Source of the DNA: Octopus sinensis
Taxonomy: Eukaryota
Assembly (NCBI RefSeq): GCF_006345805.1
Contig: NC_042997.1
Coordinates: forward strand, 128,836,001 to 128,900,000
Length of the DNA stretch: 64,000 bases
Direction: 5' to 3'
A program made the translations under genes and the position numbers. Below are positions 28,131-41,019 of the stretch, piece after piece. Under the pieces are notes generated by a model. That model searched no databases. It had not been told where the DNA came from and was given only the letters and a program-made list of their open reading frames with translations. Within the stretch, counting starts at the first letter, position 1; each line of letters begins with the position of its first letter.

Positions 28131-28570
28131 TGTATATATTCATGTGCGTGTGTGTGTGTGTGTGTAGCAAAAACATCATGGTGAAGCCATTCTTTGCTGT
28201 TTGAAAATACAAAAATGTGTTGTTAAGTCATTTTGTTGTTTATTTCTTCAGATGACAAATTCTGTACAACATATCACTTACATAATTCTGCTGTAATTGT
28301 TAAAAATGTGTTGCTGATGAGATTTTATAGGCTTCAGGTGTTTTCTTTGCATTTGTTTTGTCTGTAGTACCTTGTACATGTATGTCTACTGGGTCTACTG
28401 TTTGGCTGTCATTTGATCTTTGACATGGGCTGGCATTAGCCACTTTTATGCCTAACTCCTCAGAATTCTCTTTCTATAGATATTGGATATTTTAGAAATT
28501 TCATTAACAATATTTTCTTTCCTCTTTTTTCTCTTGGTGTGAACTGGTTTTTAACGTATGCAGATGTCAT

Positions 28571-28577
28571 TTTATAT

Positions 28578-28675
<98 letters not shown>
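28571..28675. repeat. Long (TA)n microsatellite, representative of many (13425, 21410, 24760, 24930, 30500, 38803, 43080, 59920, 60860); (CT)/(GA)n at 12086, 15845, 25385; (CA/GT)n widespread
   Basis: Directly visible; source of the YIYIYI, SLSLSL and CVCVCV pseudo-ORFs. Confidence 0.97.
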
Positions 28676-28839
28676 AAGTTATGTTTGAAATATTTGCTTG
28701 TAGTATGAGGCTAATGAAATTAGATTATTGTGAAGTTGATGTATTTAACAGTATGTTTAAAAAGTTTAAAAAATATCAAATTATGATCTAGAAATAATAT
28801 AATTGATAAAATCACACATATATATTTATATCTGTATGC

Positions 28840-29560
28840 ACAACACTGCAGCAAGCTATCACATGCAGACACCACACCTCAATGCAGTACAACCATTTCA
28901 TATACATACTACACCAACACATATGAAAACACCTGTACTACAACACATCTGTCACATAGATATACCATGCTGCAACACAAATATTACATAGATACACCAC
29001 ACCATATTGCATTGCACCACAACCATTGCAGACAAACTGCACTACAATACCACTGTTAAAGAGACACACAACACAACTGTCATATAGACTCACCACACAA
29101 CATCATACAGCAGTGCAACTGTCACATAACCCCACCACACCACATTGCAGCACAACTGCCACATAGGCACATTGTACCATATTACAACATAACTTTCTCA
29201 TAGACACTCCACACTGGAGTACATCTGAAACATAGTCACACTACACTGTAACAGAGACTCAGTAAACAACACTGCAGAGCAACTGTCACAAACACATCAC
29301 ACTGTGACACAACTACTATTAGACCCACCACACAGCACTAGAACACAACTGTGGCATAGACACAACTCATCACACTGCAGTACACCAGTCAGACACACCA
29401 CACTGTAACAAAACTGCTACATAGACACACCACACACCATTACAGCAAAACTATCACACAAGCATACCATATCATACTGGATACCCTATGCTGTACTGTG
29501 AGACAACTGTTACATATACTCACCACATCACACTGCAACACAGCTGTCACATAGTCACTC
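28840..29560. repeat. Degenerate ~30-37-bp minisatellite (CACACCACACTGCAGCACAACTGTCACATAGA)
   Basis: AACTGTCACATAGAC variants recur roughly 20 times; strongly G-poor + strand. Confidence 0.75.
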
Positions 29561-30497
29561 TCTACTACACCAGTATCACTACTACAACACAACCACTCTT
29601 CACATCACTACACTGCCATTACTGACACACAACCATCCCCTCCACTACTATCACCCTCCTCTGCACTACCACTACCGCAATACATCACAACCACAGTCAC
29701 CTTCCAGTATGCAACAACAATTACTACAGCACAATCACACTCCACTACCACAGTCACCCTCTATTATGTTACCACCATCAACACTACCACCCTCCACTAC
29801 ATAGTCACCCTTCTCCTACACCAAAATCACTACCATAGCACTACACCACCACCTTGCAGAGAGAAAAAGATCATCCATACAAATCATACAAAGACAGAAA
29901 ATATAAAATGAATTATTTTCAAATCATAAAATATGATTGTCTATTTTAATTATGATAGTTTATTTACAATGATAAAGTTTGTATCAATAGAATTAATTTG
30001 TTTCTATTTTACTTCATTTCCATTCTATATTTCCTTATCAATTTACTTGTCTGTCCCCAATAAAAAAAAAAATTGATAATTAAGATTTTGTATTGTTATT
30101 CCTCTTGAATTATATGAGAATTTCATAAACTGATGTCTTTTTACTCTCTCCTCAACGAACATTACAACTTATATCTTTCATAAGCTATTAATTGAAACTC
30201 TTACAATAAAATTAATGTGAACTGCACATTTATTATCATATTATTATTAATTTTATTATTATTATTATATCATTATTATTATTATTATGATCATCATCAT
30301 CATCATTATTTTTTATTGGTATTATTATGAGTATTATTTGTTTTTATCTCACCTTTCTTGTTTTTTTTTAATCTCACCTAATAATCTCTTTTTATTTATT
30401 CACAACAAATTGATGAACTTGAAATAATAGATTTGCGAAAAAATATTAAACTATAAATAAACAGCTTGAGCAACCCACTGCCAAACTATATCTTCTT

Positions 30498-30556
<59 letters not shown>

Positions 30557-32741
30557 TATACATATTTGTGGCAGTCGATATCAGAATCACAAGACCACCA
30601 GATCAGATAGTCTGTCTTACAATGTTTAATTACTTGCCTTTATGTTCTGAGTTGAAATCTTGCCAGGTTTGACTTCAAATTTCATCCTACCCATGGTTGA
30701 CAAAATAAAGTACCACTCAAGTTCACCCTATACCTTCCCTCCTACAAAAGAAGAAAACATGTGACCTTGAAGCTCTCCTTAATCTTCAGACCTATGCCAT
30801 TTTCATAGCATCTTCATCATCCTCATCAGCATTAGCACCAGCATCATCACTTCCACCACCACCACCACCATCATCATCATCAACATTTAAATATTCATTT
30901 TTACAAGGCAGTGTAACTTGGATGGCATATCCATTCCACTTGATTCTGAATAATTTTCTCTATAAAACCCAGCATGCTAAAACATAACCTCATCTATTCT
31001 TCCTGTGTCTTCCTTGATCTTGTTCTGCTATTTGTCCCTTCAGTACACTGCACTGCTACCACAGCACTTACCATATCCATACATTATCATATGTTAATAT
31101 GAATGCAACCATAAACGTTTCAGGTGGCTTTTATTTTATTTCAACTTCTTGATATTTCAGTTGAAACTAGATGGTAAATCCCAAGGAAACTTGTGATGTT
31201 TTTCATAAGAAAAAGGAAATACAAATAGTTGAGAATAGTGGAGAATTTCTATGCTGTGAGGAAGAAGGACAGTCTAGCATTTCTGACAGAACCCTTCCTC
31301 AGAGAGACATGAAATGTCAACTGGTGTTGATGGATAAATTGGGAATAGTGAGAGACAGGTAAAAAGAGAGAGAGAGAGAGAGAAGGAAGGAAGAGGGGGA
31401 GTTGTTATAGCAGTGAAGAATTAGGGGGGAAGAGGTGATAGGGAAGGGGAAAGAGGCAACAAGTGTTAATGGACAGGAATGCAGACACAAGGGTGGTCAG
31501 TATGAGAACAAATAAAAGGGAAAGGAATGCCAACAGATTTGAAAAACATGAGGGAAGGAGAGAAGATAATGACAGGAAGATACTATACAGATTTAGAAAC
31601 ACATATACACTTATATATGTAAATACACTACACTCATGTGCATTGACATTCACATACATGCATGAATATAAACATACATGTAAATGCATGCAAGCATAAA
31701 TCTATGTGAATATATAAACAGTATAGTTATACAGCCACACACACACACACACACACACATACATTTATCTAGTCACCCTCATATATGTATATATTCATGC
31801 ATATACACATCCTTGGCCTTTGTCATCCTTCCCCCCCCCTGCCACACACACACACCACCACCACCACTACCCCTGCTGTCTCAATCATACCACTTTGTCT
31901 CGAAAAACCTATTTATCCCAATTCTGAGTACTCATATCACTCATGCTTCCTACTCTGAAAAGGCTGGTAAGCAAGCAGAGATGTGGAGTTATGAGTCTTA
32001 TTGAGGACCTAGCTACTTCTCTTGTGCTAGTGTCAGGAAAAATGTACACAGTACAGTCTGAAAAAAGTGTGGTTTGGAGGGCTCTTAGCCATGTTGAGGA
32101 CATGCTGCTGCCTCTCTAGTGCTGCTACCACGAAAAAGTGTACCCAGTACTTTTTGTAAAGTGGTTGCTGTTAAAAAGGGAAGAGTCAAAAATGAAACAC
32201 AAGAAAGATTACCTGATATATCTGGGTGAGCAACTCTCCAGATATGTTCTGACTCTGACTGTGATAATGACGATACAAGCATTCATAATACTGCATGTAG
32301 ATGTATAGCAATGTGCATTGCTATATATATAGATGTGACATGTATACGTTACAGCTTCAAGCAGACTTCATCAGTTTATTTGGATGAGGGCACAATACTC
32401 TGTCCAGCTATTTTGGCTATATAAATGGAATGCAAAGCTTCTCATTTGTAGCCCTTTCACTCTACTACCAAAGGCCATGAGTAAACTGCTTTTTTTTTTT
32501 GCTTTTTTTTTTTACAATCTCTTATTTCAATGGCATACTGCTTGAGTAGTTGTCTTGCTGCAGTTATTCTTATGCTGCTTACATTCTGAGTTCAAATTCC
32601 CCAAGGTCAGCTTTGCTTCTTATCCATTCAAGATCTGAAAATAGAGTACCAGTTGAGTACTGGATCAATGTATTCAACTATTCTCCTTCTTTCAACATTG
32701 CTGACCTTGTGGCTAAAAGTCGAAATAGTATTTGTATTCTA

Positions 32742-33155
32742 TTCTTTTATTCTCTTACTTGTTTCAGTCATTAGACTGTGACCCTGGTGGGATACTGCCT
32801 TGAAGAATTTTAGTCAAACAAATCTACCCCAGTGCTTTTTTTTTAAAAGTTTAATACTTATTCTCTAGGTCTCTTTTGCCAAAATACTAAGTTACAGGGA
32901 CATAAACACACCAACCTCAGTTGTTGAGTGGTGGAGGGGGGTCAAACTTAGACACAAAGACACACATGCACACACACATACAAACATATATATATGATGC
33001 ACTTCTTTCAGTTTCCGTCCACCAAATCAACTCACAAGGCTTTGATCACCCCAAGGCTATAGCAAAATACACTTGCCCAAGGTGCCATGCAGTGGGACTG
33101 AACCCAGAACTATAAGGTTTGGAAGCAAACTTCTTACCACACAGCCAATGCTATG
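32742..33155 (-). mobile_element. SINE family A, older copy
   Basis: Head ...CTTACCACACAGCC, tail TCTCTTACTTGTTTCAGTCA. Confidence 0.75.
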
Positions 33156-33281
33156 CTTATATATTTGTATGTGTATATGTATACATATTTGAGAATGACT
33201 ACGAAAATATGTCTCTGGTTATATTATTGTTTTTGTTTTGTTTATATATTCATGTATTTTCATGTTTATATAAGTGTATGA

Positions 33282-33317
<36 letters not shown>

Positions 33318-34565
33318 TGTTTCCTTCCCATTACTTCCTTTCCCTCAAACTTTTTGGAATCATTTGACATACCTTTTCTCCTTTCTCCAACCATTTCCTC
33401 ACCCCTCCCCCATAATACTTGTTGCTCTAACTGTTACCCCCTCCCCTAACAATTGTTACTTTTCTCAACCTCCTTTACCCCTCTTTCCTCTTCTCTTATT
33501 CTTCGCTATCATAGTAGTTTTTTTCCTCCTCTTTCTCACTAACTCCAATTTACTAATCCTTCAACAGCATTTGATATTTCATCACACTCCCACAGAGTAT
33601 TCTGTCCTAGATGTTAGACCTTTCTTCCTGACTACAACAAAATGTATTTCACTATTTCATGTGTTTCACAGATGTTCTCATCTATCCTTATAACAGCTCA
33701 TGCTATCCATGATACTTCATACTATTATCTGATTTTACTTACTTTTTTTCTATTGTCCACCATGTAGTAACATCTTTCTCCATACATCTCTCATACAAGT
33801 TCTCCTTGTGTTTGATAGATACCTGACAAGCAGCAGATGTTTTGTCAGGTATCTATTATAATGGATACACATCATCATCATTATCATCATTTAACATTCA
33901 TTGTCCATGCTAGCATGAGTTGGACAGTTTAATCAGAGCTGGCAAGCTGGGGAGCTGCACCAGACTCCAGTCTGATTTGGCATGGTTTCTAAAGCTGATG
34001 CCCTTCCAATGTGTTCTGGGTGTTTTTACATGGTACTGCGGAAGCACTTTTACGTGGCACCACACTGGTGCTTTTATGTGGAACCACACTGGTACTTTTA
34101 AATGACACCACCTCAAGTGCTTTCAACACCAGAGGGACTAGTCTTAGTACTTCTGCTGTAGAGTACAGGTCTTCTTGAGTACAGCAAGGTGCCAAGCATC
34201 TTAGTCTTTTGTCATCTCACCTGAAAGGTTCAGTGTTCTGAGCTCTTTCTTTAAGTACTTCATTCCATGTCTTCCCTTTATAGCCGGTAACTTAGCAGTT
34301 CAATGAACAGAGGTCAATAAAACAATTTCCAGGCTGTAATAAATATTAGAGTTGAGTGTCTTTCAGTGTCTGAAAACACTTATAAAGCAGTGCCTTGGCA
34401 TGACCACAGAAAGAAAATAAAAAGAATAGAGTTTTAGAATTATTGTGCGCTTATCTGTCTATTTTAAATTACCCTATTTTAATGGAGTAATGAAATGTAA
34501 TAGCTTGCATATGTCATCTGCATGAAAGACAATAAATTTGTGCTGACGTATTTAATATAATGAGT

Positions 34566-35250
34566 CATCATCATCATCATCATTTAATGTCCATTGTTCA
34601 TGCTGCTGGCATGGTTTGGATGGTTTGACCAGGGCTGGCAAGCTGGAAGGTTACACCAGATTCCAGTCTGATTCAGCATGGTTTCTATAGCTGGATGCCC
34701 TTCCTAACACAATCACTCTGATAGTGTAATGGGTGCTTCTACACGCCACCGGCATGGGTGCCATTTACTTGGCTTGATGGGTCATCTTCTCAAGCACAAC
34801 ATAATGCCAAAGGTCTCAGTCATTGTCTCCATGAAACCCAACACTTGGAAGGAACTCAGCCACTTTGCCTCTGTGAGGCTCAATGCTCGAAATGAACTCA
34901 CTTCTGTGAGGCCCAGTGCTTGAAAGGAACTCACCTCAATGAGGCCCAATGTTCGAAAGGAACTTGCATTCGTGAGACCCAATGCTGAAAAGGAACTCAG
35001 CCACTTTGCCTCCATGAGGTCCAACACTCGAAAGGTACTCTTTACACACCACCAGCATGGGTGCCAGTTACATGACACCAGCATCAGTCACGACTATGAT
35101 TTCACTTGGCTTGACGGGTCTTCTCAAGCACAGCATGTCGCCAAAGGTCTTGGTCACTAGTCATTGCCTCTGTGAAGCTCAAAGTTTGAAGACCATGCTT
35201 CACCACCTTGTCCCATGTCTTCCTGGGTCTACCTCTACCTCAGGTTCCCT
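34566..35250 (-). mobile_element. RTE LINE 3' end with 3' UTR and (ATG)n tail
   Basis: EGT*GRGRPRKTWDKVVKHGLQTLSFTEAMTSDQDLWRHAVLEKTRQAK* at 35101-35250; tail ending in GAT repeats; internal 33/42-bp tandem array. Confidence 0.85.
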
Positions 35251-37828
35251 CCATATTTAAAAATAATGAAGTGAAAAGAAATAAACATTAGTTCAGTGAT
35301 TGATAATTTCAGAAATTGTGAGAGAAAACTCTGGACAATCTTATTAAACTTCTTCATCAAAGCATAGACTTCTTCACCATACCAAAGTAGTAAAAAGAGA
35401 ATCACTAAACACATGTACAATAATGTACATAAGCAGGTGCAAAAAATTAGCCTATTTAAAAATTAAATCACTGACGTAAATTACTCAGAGGTGCCATCTA
35501 CATGAAAAACCATAGTTAAGTTGATTTCAAAATATTTAATACAGTATGCATTTAAAAAATAAAATTTAATTTAACTTCCATCATAGCTGTCTACAACAAC
35601 TTTTTGATCAGCACCCTCTGGTAATATGTCTGTTCAGAGTCATCTAGGAGATATAATAGATATCACATTCATTATTCATGGCATCCTGAGCTTTATCATA
35701 TTTATATCTTTCCTCACCTAAATTTAAAGTTGTGAGTGTATTATCAGGGCAATCATCACCTGGAACACAAGAGCACTGATAAACTGCTGTCTATGGTCCT
35801 TTTCCTTCGCATATGAAATGTTCAAGCCATGTGGATCAAATTTCAGAATTTCCCTAGAAATATTATTTCTCTCAGCCTGATGAGATTAGTATTCAGCCAT
35901 GTGAATAAATGTGATTTAGTATGATGCTGTGTTCTTCAGAGACTGTTAATGTCCATTTTTAGAACAGACAGAATCTTTAAACAAATTTCAAGTTTCGCTA
36001 CTGCTGCCATGGTGCAATATACATGATCAAAGTGATTGAGAGTTAATGATAAATGCTCTACTTCATAAAAGACCCCACTCGAGGGAAACAAGAGAGTAAC
36101 ACGCGTATTCTAACAAATCTTTTCTTATAGATCCTCCTATAGGAATTCTCCCATCCTAGAAATAATCTTTGATTTCAATGATTATTTTCTTTACCTACCT
36201 CCTTCTACCCCATAGTGTTCATATTGTAAATCACACCAATACATTTATTGTACTTGATTCCCTATCAGCATACCTATGTTCGTGATACACCTCTTTTGTA
36301 CTTATTGATTTTATTATCTATATATTTCCTTCCTGTAATACAGTAATACACAAACATTGATACGTTTTAATTGCTGAAGACTGCTCATTTTGCTTTTTCA
36401 TGGGAATTATACTACTTATTCAATTACAGATTCTTAAGATCAGAATTATGAATGTTACTGTTTGTACAGCTTTTTTATTTTCTTCCCTATGAAATTAGCT
36501 TATCAGTTTATTTTTACTGAAAAAGGAAATCATACATCGCACCCAGTTTCTTTGGCTGATTTCTTAATATTAGTATATTCTTAGAATTGTCTCAGATATA
36601 AAAACTAAATATATATGTAAGAAAAAATGGGATGTAAAAAGTATTTTATTTGTGATATTTCTGAGAAATAATGTCATTAAACACCTAAAAAATAGAACCA
36701 GACAACAAACACTATGCAATTATGAAATGATTGTAGTCCAAACATTGTAGTGAAATTCAATATGGAGCCAATTTTACTTTTGTTTTTCAAATCTTCTCAT
36801 TTATTACTTTGATGATTTTTCTAGTAATTCAAACTGGAATCTGTACTTGGTCACATCAAATCATAAATTAGTGGATGTTTATTATTTTGCCGCAAGAAGA
36901 ATTTTGCAAATAAAACCAATTCTGTACTAACACCAAAAGCTTTATCTATAGTAAAATTTGTACTTGGTGCACTTTATAGTATTGACTAATAGTTATTTAG
37001 TTGTTCAAACTATATAATTTTCTCTTCTTTTATTCTTCTCATAAGAAATCATTTTGTAGAAATGCATACTTACTAGAATTCTTATTTTAAATGGAACATT
37101 CATATTTAGAATGTTCTATTAGAGGTCACCATGTTGGTTATTTCATGGAATCCATTGAATTAGAATTGCAATAATAAAGATTTCTATAACATATTTTACC
37201 ATTATTTATATTGTATTAATGCAAAACTTCTTAGTTTATATATATATATATATATATGCCGCAGTCAAATGACTGAAACAAGTAAAAGAGTAAAAGAGTA
37301 ATATAGGTACCCTAGTGACTTAATATACTGCAAACATCAACTAAATACTACCTTAATATTGCTTTTTTTGTCCTTTATTTATTTTGTTTATTTATTTTAA
37401 ATTGAGTTTTCCCTACCAACCTTTATTATGTAATTGGAGACTTTATGTAACCAGAACTGCCATTTCCACTAGTCTTATTATAATGATTCTAATTGGTTGC
37501 CAGTGAGAAGTTAAATATTCTAAACCATCGATTAATGTTTGCAGCAAAGCCAGAATTCCTGAATAAACCAGCAATCAAACTATTCTTGTCTTTAGCTACT
37601 ATTTCAAATGAGTAATCTTTAGCATCAGTTGGATGTTATTTTATTATCAAATACAAGGTTATCAATATCATATTCAACATTTTTATAATTATCCCATCCT
37701 AGTGTAGAGTGAGAAAAATAAGAATTTTCATTGATTGAGGAAAATATTTTTTTTTTCAAAACGTACAATTTTTATTTTTTTATAAACATTTTAAAATTTA
37801 TATCTCATTCTTTGTTTTCTATTTACAG

Positions 37829-37971
37829 TTCCTGATAACCTTCTGTTCTACACCCTCACTGGAACTGGTCAAGTTGGTTTTCATGCTGTTGGCTGGCCGG
37901 TCACTCCTTATTTAACATTGGTTGGATGGAGCTCAAACCCAAGTGCTATCACCTATGACCCCATTGAAAAA
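37829..37971 (+). CDS. LRP-type receptor exon 4, start of second propeller (143 nt, phase 1-0)
   Basis: tttacag|TT, AAA|gtaaga; PDNLLFYTLTGTGQVGFHAVGWPVTPYLTLVGWSSNPSAITYDPIEK shows the typical post-EGF P-x-x-L-L-F strand and AITYDP motif. Confidence 0.88.
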
Positions 37972-38799
37972 GTAAGAGAGTTAATTGGTTTTTATACAAA
38001 ACAGAATGAATGACAAGATGCAGTACAGTTTTTACTCAATGACTTCAATATTGATTACCTTCTAATTAGTTGGAGTAGCCTTTAAACTGGTATTTGAATA
38101 TAGATGCTATTTTTTGTTGTTTCTAGCTAAATCACAAGGAAAAATTTCAAAGACAAATTTCATCAAAATTCTTTCAGAACAGATGTATTCTATGTTAGAA
38201 GTAAATATACCATCAAATTACAGCTAATTATTTCCATGCATGACCATTACCAAAGACTTGTAGAGAATGAAAACTTTAATGTAGTTTCAAAGTAGAATAT
38301 TATGTAAATATGTACAACAGTAAAACTGAGCTCTTTGAGGAGAAATTGTTTGATCATTCCAAACAATTGCTATCCTGTCAAACCTGATTAGTGAGGCTTA
38401 TTCAATAGCTATGTTCTTACTTCTCATTTCTACTCATGTTACACAATTTCCTCCACTCTTATTGGGTTATGCTCATTAAATCAGAACTGAAGTTCTGTAT
38501 ATCGACCTCTACTATGAACTCTAGTATATATAAATTGATTTTATAGTGTGATAACTATCTCTACTATATGTAGACTGATACTATAGCGAGGTGACTACCA
38601 ATCTATCTTGTCCTGTGGCCTTTATGACTAGTGGTACCATAGATGTTGGAGGAGGAAGATTAGTAATTCAGCAACCAAAATGACAGTCTTTGGTTGACAG
38701 CTGATGAGGATGGATGTAGCATGTGAAGAAGTATGCTGTATTATGGTAATGATAGGGATGTGTGTGCCAGCCAGCATGGAAAAACGAACATAAAATAAA

Positions 38800-38840
<41 letters not shown>

Positions 38841-38988
38841 TCAAAGAGCAATAAAGATTCAAGTTAATTTAAAAAATTTACTTGAATATGGTACCTAACT
38901 TAGATGCACCAAAAAAAAACTATACTGATTTAACAATACAGTAATGTGGGGTGATTATAAGCGAGAAAGAAGCAACAAGAATGGATAG

Positions 38989-39083
38989 GTTTTTAGTACG
39001 ATCGTTTCATACAAGGACAGGTTTTATTAAAGTTGCAAAGATTACAGCATATAAACGAGTCCCGTACTCATCAGCTAAAATAC
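38989..39083 (-). ncRNA. Type I hammerhead ribozyme (left arm, antisense to host gene)
   Basis: Reverse complement of the right-arm ribozyme (TCATCAG 39068-74, TTTC 39005-08, CGATCG 38999-39004), differing only by one nucleotide in the helix II loop. Confidence 0.8.
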
Positions 39084-39944
39084 ATGTAAGTTCTCTAGAC
39101 ATCCTAGTGTTTGAGGCTATACTCATGAAGTAATGCAGATAATTAAACAGATTTCTAAAGTTCATTAAAGTTCCTTAAAGATGATGTATAGTCTTATCAC
39201 AGAATTTTAAAAAAGTTTTGATAGCATCACAGAGAAGGTGACCTAATCCATATGAATTTCCATAGATATGATGAGGGATTATATACTCACAGAAGACAAA
39301 TTTATCCATTGTTATTAGCATTACAGAGAGGGTGAATTAATCCTTTGTATATATGCACAGATTCCAATGGTGTAGATGTAAATTTCCAGAGAAATGGAGA
39401 TGAATTTCATATTCACAGGCGATAAATTTTACAATGGTTGAACACAATGAGGTAGGTACCAATCCTTGTTATATGTTATATGAACCTTTAAGAGTTAAAT
39501 AGCTACAGCCTCTTGTGAATAGCAGTAGTGTGATTAATATGGCAAACACCTAATCATATAACAAGGATTGGTACCTACCTCATTGTGTTCAACCATTGTA
39601 AAATTATCGCCTGTGAATATGAAATTCATCTCCATTTCTCTGGAAATTTACATCTACACCATTGGAATCTGTGCATATATACAAAGGATTAATTCACCCT
39701 CTCTGTAATGCTAATAACAATGGATAAATTTGTCTTCTGTGAGTATATAATCCCTCATCATATCTATGGAAATTCATATGGATTAGGTCACCTTCTCTGT
39801 GATGCTATCAAAACTTTTTTAAAATTCTGTGATAAGACTATACATCATCTTAAGGAACTTTAATGAACTTTAGAAATCTGTTTAATTATCTACATTACTT
39901 CATGAGTATAGCCTCAAACACTAGGATGTCTAGAGAACTTACAT

Positions 39945-40040
39945 GTATTTTAGCTGATGAGTACGGGACTCGTTTATATGCTGTAATCTTTGCAACTTTT
40001 AATAAAACCTGTCCTTGTATGAAACGATCGTACTAAAAAC
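39945..40040 (+). ncRNA. Type I hammerhead ribozyme (right arm, sense to host gene)
   Basis: UUUUAG-CUGAUGA(39954-60)-GUACGGGAC...GUCCUUGUAU-GAAA(40021-24)-CGAUCG-UA|CUAAAA. Helix I UUUUAG/CUAAAA; helix II 9 bp with one bulge, closed by G.U; palindromic helix III; GUA cleavage triplet, predicted cut after 40032. Confidence 0.8.
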
Positions 40041-40068
40041 CTATCCATTCTTGTTGCTTCTTTCTCGC

Positions 40069-40106
<38 letters not shown>

Positions 40107-40639
40107 CTACACACGTATACACACACATATTTGTATTTATGGGAAATAAGTTTTTTTAAAAGTAGTGTGTTGAAAATATGACTAGGTTCTGATTAAATTT
40201 TTTTATAATATTTTCTCATATCTGCATATCAAACCCTTGTAGTTTGTTTTGAACAACAAAGTTCCCAAATTCATCTTTATCATCATTTCCAGGGTATCAC
40301 AGCCTCATCTTCAGAATGTGATTTTATCTTCTCTGCTACCCTATAAGTGTGCGTGTGCATGTGTGTGTATGTGTGTGTATGAATGTGCTTGAATAAATAT
40401 AAATTGTATGTGTATGTTTTTTGTTTAGTAAAGACTGGATAGGTTTATTTGAGATGTTTCGCCTAAATATAACTATTACTAAATAATAGCTAACTTCCAA
40501 GATTATACACTATTAGCATTACCCCTTAGGAAGCCAAATGACATGATGAGATAGACCCATAAGAAATCTAATCACACTCAGCTATTGTTAGGAATTTGGC
40601 TGCTGTAAAGAAATTTTCAACTTATCCTCCAATAACGAA

Positions 40640-40880
40640 ATTATAAGAAGCTACCCAGGAATAATTTTGGTGACAATATCCTATCGACCCAAAAGGAGGT
40701 CTGGTTCACACACACCCTCATAACTCTGACTCCACTACAAATATTGTCAAGAAAATCCTATATCTTGTAAATCACCACTTTCCAACTACATATATATATA
40801 TATCATAAGCTCCTTAATGAACATAATGAGAAGATGAGCTACTCCTCTCTAAACAATATCAATTCAAGCATCACACATTA
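40640..40880 (+). mobile_element. Penelope-like element coding remnant
   Basis: Frameshifted VWF...PHNSDSTTNIVKKILYLVNHHFP...HKLLNEHNEKMSYSSLNNINSSITHYN resembles the recalled PLE motif WFNPPYS-x-NVKTNIG-x-FL-x-LI-x-KHFP...HKIFNRNTVKVSYSCM-x-N between RT and GIY-YIG. Confidence 0.6.
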
Positions 40881-40927
40881 TAACTGAAAACACACATCCA
40901 CATGAATAGATGTGTGTGTGTACATAC

Positions 40928-40959
<32 letters not shown>

Positions 40960-41019
40960 CAATATCTGCCCCTACACCACCATATTTAAAACATATGTTT
41001 TGTCATGTTTGTATGGGTA

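Larger units (their letters stand above)
38956..40073. mobile_element. 1.1-kb palindromic (fold-back) element, probably inverted termini of a Penelope-like retroelement
   Basis: Arms 38956-39475 (520 bp) and 39555-40073 (519 bp) are reverse complements with 3 homopolymer indels and 1 substitution; 79-bp spacer; TA at both outer ends, right end runs into (TA)n; each arm carries a hammerhead core. Confidence 0.8.

Noticed and set aside
28571-28675. Periodic AA/TT phase shifts about every 31 nt in (TA)n runs
   Set aside because: Also seen in other long TA runs; most simply slippage or long-read consensus error.
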